Below, one piece after another: positions 58,590 through 64,000 of a stretch of DNA of 64,000 bases; within the stretch, counting starts at the first letter, position 1; each line of letters starts with the position of its first letter. Under the pieces are notes generated by a model. The model saw nothing but the letters and a program-made list of their open reading frames with translations, was not told the DNA's origin and made no database searches. Position numbers and translations under genes: made by a program. The DNA is from Cetorhinus maximus (Eukaryota). The stretch spans positions 26,598,001 through 26,662,000 of the forward strand of contig NC_135901.1 in the NCBI RefSeq assembly GCF_964194155.1, written 5' to 3'.

Positions 58590-61500
58590 GTCGCCGTCTT
58601 CTGCTCGGATCCGCTGTCAGTGCGCAGACTGATCCACACCTGAGGGACCGGGGCATGCGTTAGAAACTGGAAGGAGCGAGTGGCTATGGTGAAAAGGAAA
58701 CTGGGCATGTGGGAGCGACGCTCCCTCTCCATTGCGGGAAAGAACCTGGTCATCAGGTGTGAGGTACTCTCGCTGTTGCTGTACGTGGCGCAGGTCTGGC
58801 CCATTCCAGACTCCTGCGCGATGGCGATCACTCGAGCCATCTTCCGCTTTATCTGGAGGTCGAAAATGGACCGTGTCCGCAGGGACGCGATGTACAAGCC
58901 TCTAGATAAAGGGGGAAAAAACGTGCCCAACATCGCCCTCATACTGATGGCCACCTTTGTGTGTGGCTGCATCAAGCGGTGCGTAGACCCTCAGTACGCA
59001 AACACCAAGTGTCACTACGTGCTGAGGTTCTACCTGTCCCCGGTGTTGCGAAGGATGGGTCTGGCCACGCTGCCGCGGAACGCTCCAAGTAGTTGGACCG
59101 TGCCGTACCACCTGTCCCTGGTGGAAAAATTTATGCAGAAAAACACCTTTGACCACAAGTCCATCAGGCAGTGGTCAGCACGTAACGTCCTAGAGGCCCT
59201 GAGGGAAAAGGAGAGGGTGGACCCTGTGGGATGGTTCCCCGAGCAGACTGTCAAAGTCATTTGGCAGAATGCCTCATCGCCAGAACTTTCCAACAAGCAC
59301 CAAGACGTAGCTTGGCTGGTGGTGAGAAAGGCCCTCCCCGTCAGATCCTTCCTACACGCCAGGAGGCTCACCCCCTCTGCACGTTGCCCTCGAGGTGGCT
59401 GTGGTGGGGAAGAGACCGTTGTTCACCTCCTTGTGGATTGTGCCTTTGCAAAGAAAGTCTGGAGAGAGATGCAGTGGTTGCTGTCGAGGTTCATCCCGAG
59501 CAGTTCTGTGACACAGGACTCTGTGCTCTACGGGCTGTTCCCAGGGACACACACCGAGACAAACATCGACTGCAGCTGGAGGATCATCAACTCGGTGAAA
59601 GACGCGCTTTGGTCTGCCCGAAACTTGTTGGTCTTCCAGCACAAAGAGTTGTCCCCGACCGATTGTTGCGGACTGGCACAATCCAAAGTCCAGGACTACG
59701 TGCTGAGGGACGCACTAAAGCTTGGGGCAGCTGCCGCAAAGGCGCAATGGGGAAGGGTCGCTGTCTAAGACCTTTCTACCACAGCGCACCGAGAGACTGG
59801 GAACTGTTTAGAGCCCCTCGGGCTGTACAGATCAAAATGAAAGGCTGTAAATGATTGTAATATTGTTTGTACTGATGCACCTGGTGATACATTTTGTAAA
59901 AGTTTAACCTGGATTGTACCCTTGTAATGTTGTTTTTGAAATGGTTTGGAATGTGATTGAAGATATTTTATGAATAAAGTATATTTTTACAAAAAAAAAG
60001 ACTGATCCACACCTGCAACCAGTTCGAACTGGCCTCGGGAGCCAAGGTAAATCGTGGAAAGAGCGAGGCCATGTTCTTTGGGAACTGGGCTGACCGATCC
60101 TTTGTCCCCTTCACTGTCAGGGCTGACGGCCTGAAGGTGCTGGGGATATGGTTCGGAGGGACCGGGGCATGCGTTAGAAACTGGAGGGAGCAAGTGTCTA
60201 TGGTGCAAAGAAAACTGGGCATGTGGGAGCGACGCTCCCTCTCCATTGCGGGTAAGAACCTGGTCATCAGGTATGAGGCACTCTCGCTGTTGCTGTACAT
60301 GGCACAGGTCTGGCCCATTCCAGAGTCCTGTGCAATGGCGATCACCCGAGCCATCTTTCGCTTTATCTGGAGGTCGAAAATGGATCGTGTCTGCAGGGAC
60401 GCGATGTACAGGCCTCTAGATAAGGGGGGAAAAAATGTGCCCAACATCGCCCTCATACTGATGGCCAGCTTTGTGTGCAGCTGCATCAAGCTGTGTGTAG
60501 ACCCTCGGTTCGCAAACACCAAGTGTCACTACGTGCTGAGGTTCTACCTGTCCCCGGCGTTGCGAAGGATGGGTCTGGCCACGCTGCCGCAGAACATTCC
60601 AAGTAGTTAGACCATGCCGTACCACCTGTCCCTCGTGGAAAAATTTATGCAGCAAAACACCTTTGACCACAAGTCCATCAGGCAGTGGTCGGCACATAAC
60701 GTCTTAGAGGCCCTGCGGGAAAAGGAGAGGGTGGATCCTGTTGGATGGTTCCCTGAGCAGACCTTCAAAGTCATTTGGCAGAATGCCTCATCACCAGAAT
60801 TTTCCAACAAGCACCAAGATGTAGCTTGGCCTGTGGTGAGAAAGGCCCTCCCCATCAGATCCTTCCAACACGCCAGGAGTCTTAGCCCCTCTGCACGTTG
60901 CCCTCGAGGTGGCTGTGGTGGGGACGAGACCGTTGTTCACCTCCTTGTGGATTGTGCCTTTGCAAAGAAGGTCTGGAGAGAGATGCAGTGGTTTCTGTCG
61001 AGGTTCATCCCGAGCAGTTCTGTGACACAGGACTCTCTGCTCTACGGGCTGTTCCCAGGGACACACACCGAGACAAACATCAACTGCAGCTGGAGGATCA
61101 TCAACTCGGTGAAAGACGCGCTTTGGTCTGACCGAAACTTGTTGGTCTTCCAGCGCAAAGAGTTGTCCCCGACCGAGTGTTGCAGACTGGCACATTCCAA
61201 GGTCCAGGACTACGTGCTGAGGGACGCACTAAAGCTTGGGGCAGCCACTGCAAAGGCGCAATGGGGAAAGGTCGCTGTCTAAGACCTTTCTGCCACAGTG
61301 CACCAAGGGGCTGGGAACTGTTGAGAGCCCCTCGGGCTGTACAGCTCAAAATGAATGTATGCATTGAATACTAATTGTATTATAAGTGTATTGAAGCAGC
61401 TCAGAGTGCAACATGATGTATGTTGATAACTCCAATACCATTGTCTGATTGTCTGCATTGACCATATTGACATGATTGTAATATTCATTGATTGTATTGA

Positions 61501-61619
61501 TGCACCTTGTGATCCATGTGTAAAAGTTGAATCTGATTGCACTTTTGTGATGGTGATTTTGAAATGTTTTGGAATGTTCTTCCAGATATTTTATGAATAA
61601 AGTATATTTTTCAAAAAAA
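58590..61619 (+). mobile_element. Tx1-like (L1 group) LINE, 5'-truncated at the RT active-site region and split by a nested copy
   Basis: DVAVFCSD ... FELASGAKVNRGKS, LSIAGK, zf-RVT CPRGGCGGDETVVHLLVDC, AATAAA and A tail. Empty site in the inverted paralog at about 37415-37430. Confidence 0.85.
58643..59998 (+). mobile_element. Younger Tx1-like copy inserted in the former, 17-bp TSD
   Basis: Uninterrupted 362-codon ORF2 C-terminus, AATAAA and poly(A). agactgatccacacctg at 58626-58642 and 59999-60015. Confidence 0.88.
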
Positions 61620-61939
61620 CATGTTAGGGAGAAGATAAATACTGTCATCATTCAGAACTGCACAGACTGTAAAGGAACAACTGATCTCAAAGACAATCTC
61701 TTGTAGTATGTGCAGAGGAGGTGTGCTGAATCAGGTTTAAAGGGGTGAAATATATAAGTATTCTTGATTGTATAATCATGTTCATTCAGATGAGGATATG
61801 GTTTGTTGTTGCTTTTCGATGGGCAAATTTGGTTCAGTGAATTATTCCAGGAAGCCTTAAAATCAGAATGACAGTATTTCAAAACCATGGCTCAAAACAC
61901 ACAGGACAGCGTGTGAATATTCCCTCCAAAAGCTACAGT

Positions 61940-63925
61940 CATACAGCTCGAAACTATCGTGTCTGTGCCGGCCATTAAGCACCTATCAATTCTAATCCCA
62001 TTTCCTGGTACTTGGCCCGTAGCCCTGTATGCTATGAAGTTTCAAGTGCTCCTCTAAATACTTCTTAAATGTTGCGAGGGTTCCTGCCTCTACTGCCCCC
62101 CCTCAGGCAGTGTGTTCCAGATTCCAACCAACCTCTGGGTGAAAAATCTTTTCCTCAAATCACCTCTAAACCTCCTGCCCCTTACCTTAAATCTATGCCC
62201 CCAGGTTATTGACACCCCGGCTAAATGGAAAAGTTTCTTCCTATCCACCCTATCTATGCCCCTCATAATTTTGTATACCTCTTATCAGGTCCCCTTTCAG
62301 CCTTCTCTGCTCTAAGGAAAACAACCTTAGACTATCCAGTCTCTCTTCATAGCTGAAACGCTCCAGCCCAGGCGACATCCTGGTGAATCTCCTTTGCATC
62401 CTCTCCAGTGCAATCACATCCTTCCTATAGTGTGGCGACCAGAACTGCACATGATACTCCAGCTGTGGCCTAAATAGCGTTTTATACAGCTCCAACATAA
62501 TCTCCCTGCTCTTATATTCAATGCCTCGGCTAATAAAGGCAGATATCCCATATGCCTTAACCACCTTATCTACCTGTTCTGCTGCCTTCAGGGATCTATG
62601 GACATGTACAGCAAGGTCCCTCTGATCCTCTGTACTTCCTAGGGTCCTACCATTCATTGTGTATTCCCTTGCCGTGTTAGTTCTCCCAAAATGCATCACC
62701 ACCAATTTTCGTGTCATCTGCGAATTACTGATCATACCGCCTATATTCACATCTAAATCACTAATGTACACTACAAACAGCAAGGGCCCCAGAACCACTC
62801 CCTGCGGTACACCATTCGGCACAGGCTTCCAGTCGCAAAAACAACCTTCGACCAATCCCCTCTTCCTCCTGCCACTAAACCAATTTTGGGTCCAATTGGC
62901 CCTGGATCCCATACCTTCTTGACCATTCTCCCACACGGGACCTTGTCAAAATCCTTACTGAAGTCCATGTAGACTACATCAACTGCACTACCCTCATCTA
63001 CACAACTAGTCATCTCCTCGAAAAATTCAACCAAATTTGTTGGACATGATCTCCCCCTGACAAAGCTATGCTGACTGTCCCTGATTAATCCCTGCCTCTC
63101 CGAGTGGAGATTAATCCTGTCCCTCAGAACTTTTTCCAATAATTTCTCTACCACTGATGTGAGACTCAGTGGCCTGTAATTACCTGGTTTATCCCTACTA
63201 CCCTTGAATTATGGTACTGCATTCGCTGTCCTTCAATCCTCTGGCACCTCTCCTGTGGCCAGAGAGGATTTGAAAATTAGTGTCAGAGCCCCTGCAATCT
63301 CCTCCCTTGCCTCACACAGCAGCCTGGGATACATCTCCTCTGGGCCTGGGGATTTATCCACTTATAAGCCCACTAAAACCGCTAATACTTCCTCCCTTTC
63401 AATGATAATTTGTTGAAGTATATCACAGATCCCCCTCCCTGATTTCTACACCTACATCGTCCTTCTCCATAGTGAACCCAGATGAAAAGGAACCATTTAA
63501 AACATCACATTCATCCTCTGGCTCCACACACAGATTGCCACTTGGTCCCTAATGGGCCCTACTCCTCCCCCGGTTATCCTCTTGCCCTTAATATATTTAT
63601 AAAATGCCTTGGGATTTCCCGTTATCTTGCCCGCCAGTGTTTTTTCATGCTCCCACTTCACTCTCCTAATTACTTTTCTAAGTACGCTTTCTATACTCCT
63701 CTAGGGCTTCCACTGTTTTCAGCCCTCTGTATCTGCCATAAGCCTCCTTTTTTTCCTTATCCAATCCGCTGTATCCCTTGACATCCCGGGTTCCCTGGAC
63801 TTGCTGGTCCCACCCTTCACCTTTATGGGAACACGTTAGCCCTGAGCTCTCTCTATTTCCTTTTTGAATGACTCCCACTGGTCTGATGTAGACTTTCCTA
63901 CAAATAGCTGCTCCCAGTCCACTTT
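61940..63925 (-). mobile_element. CR1 LINE of another subfamily, internally deleted
   Basis: VVYMDFSKDFDKVP, GVPQGVVLGP, RPQLEYHVQFWSP. Confidence 0.9.
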
Positions 63926-64000
63926 GGCAGTCTGTTTGGATTATCCTATTGGTTTTGATACAACCGAGTGGCTTATATGACTATTTGAGAGGGCAATTAA

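Noticed and set aside
58680-59768. 362-aa uninterrupted ORF as a host gene or active element
   Set aside because: It is only the C-terminal part of a 5'-truncated Tx1-like ORF2, lacking the endonuclease and most of the RT.

Overview
This is eukaryotic vertebrate DNA. The repeat repertoire (esterase-ORF1 CR1 LINEs, Deu-domain SINE, Penelope-like ends, Tx1-like L1) suggests a cartilaginous fish, but that is an inference. The window is a transposon-saturated cluster of seven tandem C2H2 zinc-finger (ZNF) reading frames, plus a ZNF pseudogene fragment and an orphan ZNF 3' UTR. No KRAB, SCAN or BTB domain is visible. The genes are assembled from shuffled paralogous modules: a CCAAT-CCAAT-GC-box CpG promoter found five times in both orientations, a splice acceptor followed by a decayed zinc-finger leader, the finger array, and a conserved post-stop segment. 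Most ORFs in the supplied track are LINE fragments or shadow frames. Main leads: (1) a UGA-C stop followed by a frame-preserved 17-codon tail that one paralog has made constitutive (candidate readthrough); (2) two fully open ZNF frames with no ATG but an in-frame Kozak CUG; (3) tandemly amplified hammerhead-like motifs in palindromic Penelope insertions; (4) a 29-bp CpG monomer array forming the 5' end of a CR1; (5) a Tx1-like element inserted into its own family with a 17-bp TSD. Everything was read by eye. Repeat boundaries are approximate and family names need RepeatMasker/Dfam confirmation.
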